A stretch of DNA of 64,000 nt from Felis catus. Its lineage: Eukaryota. The notes beneath the pieces are model-generated. The model was not told the DNA's origin. It searched no databases and worked only from the letters and a program-made list of their open reading frames with translations. Position numbers and translations under genes: made by a program. The stretch is from the NCBI RefSeq assembly GCF_018350175.1, contig NC_058379.1:64914001-64978000 (forward strand), in the 5' to 3' direction. Every line of letters begins with the position of its first letter. Within the stretch, counting starts at the first letter, position 1. Positions 12,765 through 25,190 of this stretch are shown piece by piece.

Positions 12765-13084
12765 CAAACATTGCAAACTGATCGCTTATAAGCTATTTCT
12801 AGGCCACGGGTGTTGTTCTTTAGTACAACATTGTTTTTTTGTTATTGTTGTTATTTTGATCCTTCCACCAATAATTAAAAATAAAGAGATTTCACATTAA
12901 ATCTTTGTTTTTAACTCCTTTTAAACAATCAGAAGGTGCCTCTGTTGTGGACCAGCATACCAACATGGCAGCAGTCAGCTGCAGATGAATCGTAGTTGCC
13001 CCCTCTGAAGAAGGGCCAACCTTGCCTGATTACTCATTGGTACCCCTGGCTTGGCTCTTATAGATATCCTGGTTTGCAACCCTG
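12765..13084. mobile_element. MER102-like hAT-Charlie remnant
   Basis: 'gagatttcacattaaatct', 'caacatggcagcagtcagctgcag...gttgccccct', end 'gtttgcaaccctg'. Confidence 0.6.
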
Positions 13085-13880
13085 CTAAAGTGCAATCTGC
13101 GCATTTTAAGAATGAGGAATATCCTGGAGCCTAGGATAACAGAAGAAAAGACAATTGCTCAAAACCCATGGCTTGCTAGAGGCAGTAATGGCCCCAACTT
13201 AGAATTCTCCCCACCCCATCTCCTACTTTGGGATTTATGGAACTAGGACATTGCATACTAGGAAAAGTCCTAAAAGAGGAATAATTCCATTCCCAGGTCT
13301 ATTGCTTATCTTTGGGTGGATGACTTTTGACAAGTCTGTCCAATTTCCCTCATCTATACAGCTATAATAATGGCATGTGCCCTACTTACTTCATTTTACT
13401 TACAATAGAATGGAATACTATTTTTTTAATGTTCTCTAAAAATAAGGAAAACAGTTATTTTTAGAACATTGGAATTAGCCAAAAGTCATGGGTTCTAGGG
13501 CTACTTCCTCCACAAGCCAGTTGTATGACCTTTTATAAGTTTCTTAAACTCTCCAGATTCAAATGGAAATATTTTATTTTCCATGATCTTTGCAAGATTA
13601 ATCTCATTCATCATGTTTTAAAATGTTTCTCTTGAACTAAAACCTTTATTACTTGGGCCTAACCCAAATGTGAATTAAACTAATAGAGAATAAAAATGGA
13701 CTATTGAGCTGGGTCTATTTTATGGGCATGTCAGAAGCACATAGAGATGTTGATAAGGTGCCGTCATTTGAAACCTCAGCATCTCCCACCTTGGCACAGA
13801 CCTCATCAAGAGTAGAGATCCAGAGCAGAGGTCAGAGAAGAAAAGTAGACATATAAATGACTGGAGAAGTACTTCCAGGA

Positions 13881-13893
13881 TGCTGAGTCAGCT
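13881..13893. promoter_or_regulatory. MARE/ARE motif
   Basis: TGCTGAGTCAGCT is a 12/13 match to T-MARE and overlaps E-box CAGCTG; motif evidence only. Confidence 0.3.
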
Positions 13894-14270
13894 GAAACAG
13901 AGCTCCAGCTGAGCTCAATGGATCTTTTCTCAGTTACCTGGAACGTTGGCTGGAGACTGCTTGGCAGAGCCTGCTGGGAAGACAATTTTTAGTCCATCGA
14001 TTCATTTAAGCTGGGCAGTTTGCCCCAGTACTTAGGCACTCAGACAAAAATGCCCTTAATCACTGGCAAACCCTGAGATGTAGAGATGGCCAGTGGCTCA
14101 ATCAGCACCCCAGGTCTGCCTGAAGAAAGATGGTCTAGAGAGCTCAGAGTGTCAGTCACTAAGCATTCACAAAAACTAAGCCTTGACTTTTCAGGCTAAA
14201 ACTCTAAAAAAAAAAAAAAATCCCTAATTTTAGTGTCAGAAACATTCTACCTTAAGACCACTGCACTCTT

Positions 14271-14497
14271 GGGCTCCTGGGTGGCTCAGTCGGTGAAGTG
14301 TCTGACTTTGGCTCAGGTTATGATCTCACGGTTTGTGAGTTCAAGCCCCGCATCAGGCTCTGTGCTGACAGCTCGGAGCCTGGAGCCTGCTTCAGATTCT
14401 GTGTCTCCTTCTCTCTCTGGCCCTTCCCCTCTTGAGCTCTGTCTCTCTCTCTCTCTCTCTCTCAAAAATAAATAAACATTAAAAATTTTTTTTAAAA
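14271..14497 (+). mobile_element. Can-SINE (felid)
   Basis: Full head, body, CT tract and A tail; degenerate TSD aagaccactgcactctt / aagagcactgtgctctt. Confidence 0.95.
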
Positions 14498-15729
14498 AGA
14501 GCACTGTGCTCTTTCACCCTCAGTCAAATCAAGAGCATCTAAGGAGCAGGTTTTGAGGGCATTGCTCATACTGTCCCCTCTGACTATCCCTGTGATCTAT
14601 GCTGGACCAGCTAGTACTTATCCTAGGATATGTCTCCTCCAGAAAACTTTTCCTGGCCCCCTTCTTTCTATTGGGCCCTATCCTGACATTCCTCAAAATT
14701 TTGCTCACTTTCAACTATTATATCACCTCCACAGCATATTGTAACCGCTTCTTTTCTTATTTACCTGCTTGATGAGACTCTTTGAGAGTATCTAATTATC
14801 AATCTGTAGTGTCTAGCATAGGAAATACCATTAACTTCTTAAATGCTTATGGAGGGAAGGAGGCATAGGTGACTCTTCTGATGAAAATGAGCCAGGTATT
14901 GACTGAGGGAATCAAATGGTGCAACCAAGCTGTGACCAAAGTCCCCAAAAGCAGTACTAATAGTAGAATCCAGTGTCTGAAGGGTCAATACAGTTGGAGG
15001 AAAAACCAATCCTGGAATGGAGAATCAAAAGGACTTTGGTCTCCTTTTGACCCCATCACACAGTAACTGCCTAATGCAGGGCTAGACAATACATAGTCTT
15101 CAGCATCCTCATCTGAAAGTCTTGGGAGGACCAGGTGAGACCATTAGTGTATGAGTATTTTGAAAGCTTAAAGTGTCCTGTGAATACAACGGATTATTAA
15201 AGTATCACCACTGTGAAAGAATTAGGACTACTTCCTCTCATCAATGCATGCTTCCCGAAAGCCTATGATCAAATAAGAAAAAAAATCATCTGTTCCTGGT
15301 TATGAACATGCTTTTATAAGTAAGATTTCTTCATGAACTAAAAACTCTGACAACACAGAGATCATATCACATTTTCATAATCATGATAAGGATGCCTTAA
15401 GCAGATAGAACATCATAGAGTTCTCAAAACATACTAATGTTGGATTTTTATGAGAACTTCAGAAAGGCCAGTTAGGACAGCCCCAATTTACAGATGGTTA
15501 AACTGATATCCACTGCAGATAAGTGACTTCCTCAAGATTATATACTTGGTAAACATCTAGAATAATGATAAGCACAAGTTCAAACATATTTATGGAAATA
15601 TAGTGCTGGAAAGGGTCTAAAAGTAAACAATTCCAACTTTCTACATACTGAAGGAAACCTGTCTGACAGAGGGTAGAAGTAAATTGGCAATCACTTAAAC
15701 ACTTTTTATTTTCCAGACACAAATGCTTT

Positions 15730-15900
15730 CCCATTAATCTTTCATCTCAGGAGCCAGTTTACTCATTGTATAAAATATAATAATTAACATATTCCCTAGG
15801 TTTTTATAATGATGAAAGTAGATAATGTGTATGAAGCACTTAGCAAGGACAATTCCTGGCACATATTAAGTATTCAATAAGTGTGAGTTCTTATTACTCT
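15730..15900 (+). mobile_element. MIR 3' half
   Basis: 'cagttttactcattgtataaa...gaagcacttagca...cctggcacatattaagtattcaataagtgtgag'. Confidence 0.65.
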
Positions 15901-17221
15901 TATTCCTATAATTTTCATTAGTCTACTTGTGTTTTTGTTTTTGTTTTTTCTGGATTCTATCCAGCCACTTGCATCTTTTTGTTTCAGATTCTTTCACTGC
16001 TTCAGGTGATTACAGGGAAATCTGTTTTCATGATTCTCTAAATCATCCTTGGTGGCGTGGAAATTGTTGGTCCTAATCTCTCTCTGCATCGTAGAGACTT
16101 AGCAATGTGATGAATTGACAACAGCTGAGTCAAAGACAAAGCCTTTCAAGAAAGCTAGATTTTTTTTCTTCCAGAATCTGAAAGCAACCTATTTGGCAAC
16201 TTGCCATTTCAATAGCATGACTGCGTGGCATTCAGTATCCTAAAAATGTAGATGCAATTCTTGTAAAATAAAGTTTTACAGCGACAACTAACTCTAATTT
16301 GAAGTATACTACATGAAGTGTCTTACTTATGTTACACCCTTTGAGCGTGACCCAGAATGTGGGCAAGACCATCCATTGGAATGTAGAGATAAACTATTAG
16401 AATCTCAAATTCTGCATTAGCGCAATCTCTTCTTTGACTTTTACATTTACAGTGGGTATTTTGTGTTCATAATATATTACTGCAGTTGCACATGTACAGA
16501 GTTTCTTAGTGAATGTACATGTATTTGGGGGTCTGTGATCATAATTTTTATAAGACATGTAATCACACAGGTTTTAAAATCAATGGTTTATAAACATTCT
16601 GAGATTAGCAGGTGTTCAAAAGTTACTATATCAAAATCTTCACCATTATCCATAAAAATAAAATAGAAAAGATATGCCCACATATAAACTAATGTTGTCA
16701 TTTTACTGTTTTCAGTATGAATTTGAAATTAGTTCAGTTGCCTAAATATGTACTCTCTAATTCTTTATAAAACCTAATTAATATTTATTACAGTCACTAT
16801 ATAGAAAATGGGTGTAATATGCTACCAACATTCAAAGGAAACATTCCAAAGAACTGATGCAAAAGTAAACTCAAATCCAGCAAAGACCATGACACCCTTC
16901 CTTTATAGCAGTAGACCAAATCTTAGTCAATATTTTCATAAATTTTCATGGTACAAACAGAGACAAATACCAAGTGCCAGGTAACCAAGTTACACCTCAC
17001 TTACTTCAGGAAATGCTGTCATAAGCATGATTCAATTCTCACTTTCAAGTCTGAGATGATTCTAGATGCATGGCCTCCCCTCCAAAAGTGAAAGATGTCT
17101 TCTCCATGCTCCTCAGGGTAGTTAATCACTTCTAGGGATTGACAGATATATGGGAATCTTTCAGAGAATTTTTCCCCCCATTTTCAGTTCCGTTTCCTCC
17201 CTTGGAGGTTTAGTGATGAAA

Positions 17222-17577
17222 GGTTACAGACTGAATGTGATCTTCCCACAAATTCATATGTTGAAACCCAACCCCCAATGTGATGATAAAAGGAGGTGGG
17301 GCCTTTGAAAACCTATTAGATCGTGAGGGTACAGTCCTCATGAATGGGATCAGTGCCCTTAAAAGAGATTCCAGAGAACTTCCTTGCCTCTTCCTCCATG
17401 TGAGGACACAGTGGGAAGATAGCCATCCATCAACAGGAAGCAGGCTCTCATCAGACCCCAAATTTGCCAGTTTCCTAATCCTGCACTTCCCAGCCTCCAG
17501 GACTGTGAGAAATCTTTGTTGTTTAAGCCACATAATCTATGGTATTTTTGTTATAGTACTCTAGGTAGACTAAGACA
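17222..17577 (+). mobile_element. MaLR solo LTR (MLT1A-like)
   Basis: 'aaattcatatgttgaaacccaacccccaatgtgatg', 'ggaggtggggcctttg', 'cagcctccaggactgtgaga', ends 'gactaagaca'. Confidence 0.9.
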
Positions 17578-17789
17578 GGGCAAATAGTGAGGTAAGCCCC
17601 ACAGATCTCTGCAGATACCCTCAGATACCAGAATCTTTCGAGACTACTTTGGAGAAATATACTACCACCCTGACTCCATTCTAACAATTTCCCTATGACC
17701 AAGCAAGCCTGGCAACCTAAATCATGATACCCTGAAAAACATAACTTTTCACTAATGAATGTCCAAGGTAAGTTTCCTAATTATTTATG

Positions 17790-18076
17790 AGTCGTAAACT
17801 GAATGATCACCAAAATATTCTGCCTTCCTTTCGGACACCAGGAATACTACATTTCTCAACTTTTTAAAATCTAAATGGAGCTATGCAACAAGTTCTGTCC
17901 AATAGAATGTGCAAAGAAGTGATGTAAGCTGCTTCCAAGCCAGGCCCTAAAGAGTCCTAGAATCATCCTTACTATTTACCTCTTATCATTATCTGACCAG
18001 ATGCAAAGTATCCAGTGGAAAACTTTAAAAAGACCATGGAAATGAGCAGAACACTAAAGAAAAGAAACTTAGTCAT
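17790..18076 (+). mobile_element. MaLR LTR (MLT1J-like), 5' part
   Basis: 'actacatttctcaac', 'agttctgtccaatagaatgtgcaaagaagtgatgt...cttccaagccaggcc'. Confidence 0.65.
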
Positions 18077-18609
18077 AACTCATGAAAGGAGAAATGATAA
18101 GTTGGACTTGATTAAAATTAAGAACTCCAGTTCTACAAAAGTCACTGTCAAGAGAATGAAACAAACAAGCCACAGGCTGGGAGAAAACTCTTACAAGATA
18201 CATATCTGATAAAGGACTAATATTCAAATAGACAAAGAACCCTTAAAATCAATAATAGGGAAATAAGCAGCCCAACTAAAAAATAGGACAGAGGATCTGG
18301 ACAGATACCTCACCAAAGATGGCAAATAAATATATAAAAATATCCTTAAAATCATTTGTCATTAGATAATCGTGAATTAAGATAAAAAAGAAATGCTTCT
18401 GCATAGCCATTTTCTAATAGCTAGAAATTAGGAAATTGTTTGGATTTTTGGTTAAAATCCAAAAAACTTGCAGAGATTCAGGGATGGCTCAGAAATGGTA
18501 AAATCAGGCCTAAGATGCTGCTGCTAAAACTACTTTTCTCAGAAGAAGCCAGCTCTCATGGATCTCATGAGGGCCAGCAGGGGAATCCTAGGATAAGAAA
18601 CATCTGGGT

Positions 18610-18932
18610 TCTTCCATCTCTCCACCTGGACTCCTGGGAACACACTGATCTTTTGCCATGTTCATAGTTTTGTCTTCTCCATAATGTCCTATATGGTTGG
18701 TGTCACATGTTGCAGGACCTTATTGGGTGGCTTATTTCAGTTGGTAATATACATTTGAGGATCCTTACATGTCTTCTTGTGGCTCAGTAGCTTGTTTCTT
18801 TTTGTCACTGAATGGCATTCCGTTGCCTGGATATACCCTATTTTATGTTTTGTTTTGTTTTGTTTTGCTTATTGAAGGACATCTCAGTTGCTTCTATATT
18901 TGGGCAGTTAGGAAGAAAGCCTCTGTACACAT
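18610..18932 (-). mobile_element. Antisense L1MB/MC fragment nested in the sense L1
   Basis: 'cactgatctttt...catagttttgtcttctcc', 'attgaaggacatctcagttgcttcta'. Confidence 0.7.
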
Positions 18933-19681
18933 AAAAAATATATAATAAAAACAAACTGAGAATACCAATTGTAAACAACACATGTAAAACAACAGAAACT
19001 CTCACTCATTGTTGGTGATTACAGCTACTTTGGAAGTCATTTTGGCAGCTTCTAACGAAGCCAAACCTAATTTTACCATATGATTCAATAATTGCACTCC
19101 TAAGTATTTACCTAACTGAAAATGGATGCTCACACTAGAACTTGCACATGAAAGTTTATAGCAGATGTATTCATAATCACCAAAAACTAGAGGCAGCTGG
19201 GAAATTCTCCAACAGGTGAATGGATGAGTAAACTATGATGCATTCATATAATGGAATGTTACTTGGTGACTAGAAAAAAGATGTGATCTATGGAACCATA
19301 AAAGACATGTGTTAGTCTTGGATGCATGTTTCTAGGTGAAAGAAATCAGTGGGGGTGTTGGGGCACTGCTTACTCAATGGTTCCAATTGTACCACATTTT
19401 GGAAATACAGAATTGGTGGAATGGTAGAAAGATCAGTGGTGATGGAAGGATACAGTTTTGAATAAGTGAAGCTCCAGGGATATTCTGTGGCATTGAAACT
19501 ATTTGATGTTATTGGACTGATAGAATGTGGAATGTGGCAAACTAAACTAACTGTGTTATAAATGTCTGAAACAACAGAAGGGGACAGGGACAAAAGGTAC
19601 TGATCTAAATAACTGCAAATGAGTAGAACCTGCAAGACCAAGGTAAAAGAAAACTGACATAAGTAATGAACTTTTGCTAAT

Positions 19682-19829
19682 NNNNNNNNNNNNNNNNNNN
19701 NNNNNNNNNNNNNNNNNNNNNNNNNNNNNNNNNNNNNNNNNNNNNNNNNNNNNNNNNNNNNNNNNNNNNNNNNNNNNNNNNNNNNNNNNNNNNNNNNNNN
19801 NNNNNNNNNNNNNNNNNNNNNNNNNNNNN
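19682..19829. other. Assembly gap (148 N)
   Basis: Run of N. Confidence 1.
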
Positions 19830-20578
19830 CATAATGGCACAATTAAGAAAAGGAATGGCAGTTGGGGAAGCCAGGTTTCTCATGTTGAAGTGGGAGATTA
19901 CAAATAAACAAGAGACTAGACTGATTCATGTGGTAATGGATTACTGTTGAAGACATCAGTAAGAACTTATGTTTCTTTTAATATAGATGTAGATGGTGAC
20001 ATAAAGAAAAAGTCATATGTTTATGTATATATACATACATTTCTTTGCTCTGTCAGATGATCCTGTAACAACAGCATACCCAGCACCCAGTTGTTATTTT
20101 CTATTATCATTGTCCAGTAGAAGGCCCAGAGTCTCTTGGAGAAGTGGTTGTGTCTAGGACTGGGGAGGAAATATACAATAGGAACCTGGAGTGTTTCATA
20201 GAACCAGTAGGGAGGTGCTGAAAAAAAAAGCACAGTGAAAAGACTATGAATATATTAATAAATGGGGATAAAAAGACAAATATCCCTTGCAGAAGAATTA
20301 CAAATAATTTACATAGATACTACATCCTCAAAAGAAGTGTTTCTGCTGCACTTAGTAACTTTCTTTCAAAGAGCACAGTAGCATGGGAAGGGGATTGACA
20401 AGGGAATAGTAACTTTACAGTGGAGAATCACAACATAAATTACTTCAACCAAGTGATTAAAGCGATCACCGACAATGGTAAGTCATTTTGATGAAAATAT
20501 CCTTAATATCATGTAATGAAAGTGGTACTTTACCTCTATAATCTGTCTCCCAAATACCCATAACCCCACTAAAAAAAA

Positions 20579-20723
20579 AGTCATTAATTATTCATGTAGA
20601 ACAGAACATACTTTCCCAAGCTTCCCAACTGAACTGAACTGACCATAAGTAAGAAACAAATATTTAAGCCACAAACATTTTTAGAATTGTTTGTTACAGC
20701 AGCCAGAAAAGTTGACCAATACA
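20579..20723 (+). mobile_element. MaLR LTR (MLT1J-like), 3' part
   Basis: 'aagaaacaaatatttaagccac...ttgtttgttacagcagc...gaccaataca' LTR end. Confidence 0.6.
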
Positions 20724-22570
20724 GATTCCTTTGAAAATATGATGAAAGAAAGACCTTTCCCTTCCTCACAGAACAGTGCAAGTATGTCCATACATACAAA
20801 AGATGGGGTGCAGGTTTCAGGAGCCCATTAGGGACCCCATTACACTTTTTGCTAGGAAGAATCTAGTAATCAGTATCAACACAGGGTCCTACATTTCCCC
20901 AGTGGTGCTTTAAAATTCTTCCACCATCATAACCTTTATTTTGAATATTTTTATTTGGGGTTTGATTAATCTGGTAGTTTCCCTCCTACCAAAGCCCAAA
21001 TACTTTGAAACCTAACTTCTTTCTTTTGGTCTATAATTCCCAGAAGGACAGATAAGTACCACAGGCAGTTGTCCAAGGTATCCATGGAGTCCAGTAGTGC
21101 AGAAACTTTCTCCTTCCCATTGGGAGAAACCGACTGAGCTTTTGGTATAGCATTGGCTCACCAGGACTGAGGACAACTATGAGCTATGGAGTGTAACTGA
21201 ACAGACTTTCTAGCTTCAACTATGCCAACAAAACATCATTTCCAATATGGTTTCTTTGTCTCTCTTTTATGTCTCCAGATCTGGGTAAGTTTACCAAGTT
21301 GTACCTGATATTGAGAGGAACTAAAAAGCAACCACACACCAACACTAATATTGATTGCCATGTGTCACCTTGATGCTGTAGTCATACTCACCCCTAACTT
21401 CACTCTCCCCACCCTCTCCTTCACTCATATTATAATCAATATCTGCATCTCCATTTCCCTTGTTCCTCTAGCTCCCCCAGGTTAATCAATGGCACCTGGC
21501 AGTAAAAGTAGTATTCAAATCAATTGTATAATCTGGCTGCATTAAAAAAAAAATTGTAGAATGTGGTTTTGAAATTTTCCCAATGTATAAGTGGTTTGTA
21601 GAAATAAATGTGCATTTACTTCTATATCTGCTTGTTTGTGAATTTTTAATTATTTACTGGTAATCTGAGCAGCTTTTTTAACCAGCAAACACAGTGTGGC
21701 ACAACTGACAATGATAACTAAATCATGGTGGCTAGAAGCCCAACTTTTCCCAGATTTCCCTCCCTCAAGTAGTTCTTACAATCACTGGAGAGGCTTATAT
21801 ATCAAGAATCAGTCCACCAAATCAGGATCATCTACAGCTTCTAGTCCCCAGTAGCTCCTCAGAGTAGCTGCTCTTGGCTTGATTAGGCTTCTATGCCAGA
21901 TGCTACCAGAAGAAATGAGAATGCAACCAACCCTGATGCTTCTGGACCTAGTACAGAGTTGCTATACCTTTTAGCCAGAAACCCATGCGGCACCTCCTCT
22001 GACAGAAGATGACCCTTCCTACTTCTGGAGTTGATGGCTGGGAAGGAATAGGTACAAAAGAGTCATGAACCCAAAAGAGTAAACACCTTTACTGATACAA
22101 CTCTCAATTTACACACACAACCAGTCAGTCACCTTTTCCCAGAGGAGCTGGGTCAGATCAACTTTTAGCTTCAGCTGTATTCAGAACTTCCATTTCCAGA
22201 GACTTTTTCTCAGAAGTTTCTTCAATCCATCTGTCCACTTGTTCATGCAAAGGACCACATAGGATCACTACCTTGACTGCACCTAAGCCCTAGCATGGGT
22301 GCAGTCAGGATAACGTGGTAAATACTCCATTGCATACTTACACAACAACAAAAAATAGATATAAACTGGTTGCACAATAATAGGACTTTCTGTAAGTTAC
22401 TCATAAATATTGCTTTTATCTTTTAATTGTTCTTTATATTTTTATTCTCAAGAAAAATAATGCATACTTATTTATGTATGTACCAATGTTTAAGAATATC
22501 ACTTACTCCCCATATGCTGAAGAAGAAATCATTATCCATGGAGAAACAAAAGTCAGAATGGAAAGTTTTT

Positions 22571-22782
22571 GGGGTGCCTGGTTGGCTCAGTTTGTTAGAA
22601 GGCTGACTTTGGCTGAGGTCATGATCTCATGGTTCATGGGTTCAAGCCCCGCATCCGGCTCTGTGCTGACAGCTCAGAGCCTGGAGCCTGCTTCAGAATC
22701 TGTGACTTCCCTTCTCTCTCTGTTCCTTTCCCAGCTCATGCTCTGTCTCTCAAAAAATAAATAAACGTTAAAAATTTTTTTT
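22571..22782 (+). mobile_element. Can-SINE (felid)
   Basis: Full element; perfect 16-bp TSD agaatggaaagttttt at 22555-22570 and 22783-22798. Confidence 0.96.
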
Positions 22783-23589
22783 AGAATGGAAAGTTTTTCT
22801 CCCAAGTTTATTTGTTGTTGAGTGTGTTGTTTATTTCCATCTTCATGAACAGAAAATTATTACCTTTATCTACAACATTATGGGATTTTAACTCATAAAT
22901 GATCAGTTGCCAGATTGACACTACTGATGCTGTTAGTTTTATTTTTCAATGTCTGAAAGAAAAGATTTGATGTCAGTCACTATTAATGTAATATAAAAAT
23001 ATACATAAAGCAATTATCAGAAAAATGTTAGAATTTCATTCAACTCACACAAATCATTAAGTATAGAATATTAAGAGGTCAGATTATTTTGAATACTAAG
23101 ATAAGTAATAGAGCTTTGGATTTAGCAATGTCCTTCTAATTCATAGTTGAAACAGTTAATGGCATTGGGGTATGTACTTAATCTGCATAGATTAAAGGAA
23201 TCTAGAGGAATAGAATACTTTGCAAGAGACCTTCTGGGTTTTGGTTTGCTTCCATAATAATTTGGAAAACAATGTAGAAATTTGTACACTCCTTAGGTTT
23301 TCTTCCTCTACTCAATATTTACTTTGTAATGCAATGATACTAATGACTTGTATTTGCACAACACTTCGTAATTTTCAAAGGCTGTCAAATCCATTGTTTT
23401 GCCTGGACTTTCCAATATCCCTATAAGAAAGTAAAACAGGATTAACACCAGGTTTTAAAATGAAAGAAAAGAACAACAGGCAGGAGTCACAAGGCTTGGT
23501 GAAATCAGCATAAACAGAAACTTGGAGTCTAGAAATCAGTTCTACAGAATTTCAGTAGAGGTCTTTACACTCCTCGTCTTCTTTAAGTC

Positions 23590-23760
23590 AAATGAGTTAA
23601 AATTTGAGTCTGGCTTCAACTTCCTGAGTAACCTGGTCAAATAAGCCACCACTCCTAAATCTCAGTTTCCTCATCTATACAATAGGAAAATTTCTTGCAA
23701 CTTCATTAAGGTATGTGAAATTACCAGGACTTGTATAAGTGCTTAATAAATATTTATTCT
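23590..23760 (+). mobile_element. MIR
   Basis: 'tctcagtttcctcatctatacaatagg' and 'taagtgcttaataaatattt'. Confidence 0.65.
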
Positions 23761-24964
23761 TTTCTCCTCCTTTTATTATTTCCAGGAAGCCCCAGTCACA
23801 CTGTCATAGCCCCTTTGAAGATTAATCTCAAAAAAAAACCACAATCAGTATTCATCTGTAACTCCAAAGATGTAAAGTTGAGAAACCATGTTGGGTAGTA
23901 AATTCAGTGAGGTGAGACAGTCTGCTAGGAAGTTCCAGTATTTCTCTGAATTCTGTCCTGCCCCAACTCCATAAGACAACTTGCTACATCTGCAGATCTC
24001 TCCAAGGGCAACATATCTCAAAATATTCACCTCCTTCCATCCACCTAGTTATGGGTGCCCTTGGCATACATCACTTTACTTGTTTGATTAAAAGACCCTG
24101 TGGCTTATCATTATATGAAAGGAATCCTTTGGCTTTGGGCTGGACCCCACACAGCTATAGCACATTATTTTCTCATTCTAATTCCCAGCTGGATATCTGT
24201 GAGATTTCAAGGTGCCATATGATCAGAGGAGTCAGTGTGGTACGGCAGATGAACACTGGACAGGATGAGGGAGACATGGGTGGGTCAGAAGCTTAATCAC
24301 ATCTAGGCATTGACTCAATAAAGTCTTTCTGAGATTCCTATTCTTCATGTACAGAATAAAGATGATGAAGATGTAGTAGACTGATCTTTACAATCTTATG
24401 AGTCTATGATGCAAAGGAGCCTTGTGGTCTTTGGCCCAATAATGTCAAAGAACAAAATCACACAAAATCCAATAAAGAAACAAAAATGGCATGGGAAATC
24501 TAAGGTGGTACAAGGGTTAATTTGTCAAAGTGTGAACCAGAGGTTGAAAGACTTGCCAAACAGTCGATTAAAGCATGGAAAGGAAGCTTAGATGAGATGG
24601 ATAGATTTGGTAGAGGGAGTAGGGTGAGGAGTGTGGGAGAAAGAGATGAAGGTGAGCAAATCTTCAAAGAAATTTGAGTTGCCTGAGGAGACACAACCAG
24701 GCAAGCGGCCAGGAAGCCCCTTCTGTGGAAAAAAAATGTACTTTGGCAACAAGAAGTGAAAGATTTTGGCTGGCCTGCTTATTCTAGGTCCCTCCTTCCT
24801 CCCAAAAATCTTGCATTCATTGCCAGATTATTCATCCCAATTCACCCAAATGTGCCTGGGGGATCTTATAAAAGGCTTTGTAAATGGGGTATAATTTGGC
24901 AGTCTTAGGAGATGAGTAGAAACTCATAGGGCCATTGAACTCCAAGCATAAGGAAGTACAGAAA

Positions 24965-25190
24965 GCATCTATTTGGTGAAGCACTTCTTTGGGTACAGAT
25001 ACTGTGCTAGGTGCATAGTATGCCTCTCCTATAAACTGCACACCACCACCAGAAAGTAATTATTACCTCCATTTTACAGATGAGGAAAAAGAGTCTCAGA
25101 GAGGCTAAGCAATTTGCCTATAGTTTACTATAGTTCACTTGGCCCTCAAGTTTAAAACCTCCTAATTTCAAAATCTACCCTATCCATTGT
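24965..25190 (-). mobile_element. MIR
   Basis: 'attattacctccattttacagatgaggaaaaagagtctcagagaggctaagcaatttgcc'. Confidence 0.8.

Larger units (their letters stand above)
18077..20578 (+). mobile_element. L1MC-like 3' portion inserted into the MLT1J-like LTR
   Basis: 'gataagttggacttgattaaaattaagaac', 'ttaccatatgattcaataattgcactcctaagtatttac', 'gaatggatgagtaaact', 3'UTR 'taactttacagtggagaa'; A-run at 20571-20579. Confidence 0.8.

Noticed and set aside
17210-17564. Overlapping 107-aa and 94-aa ORFs
   Set aside because: Both lie within an MLT1A-like LTR
19312-19907. Long ORFs containing X runs
   Set aside because: Artefacts of the N gap within L1MC sequence
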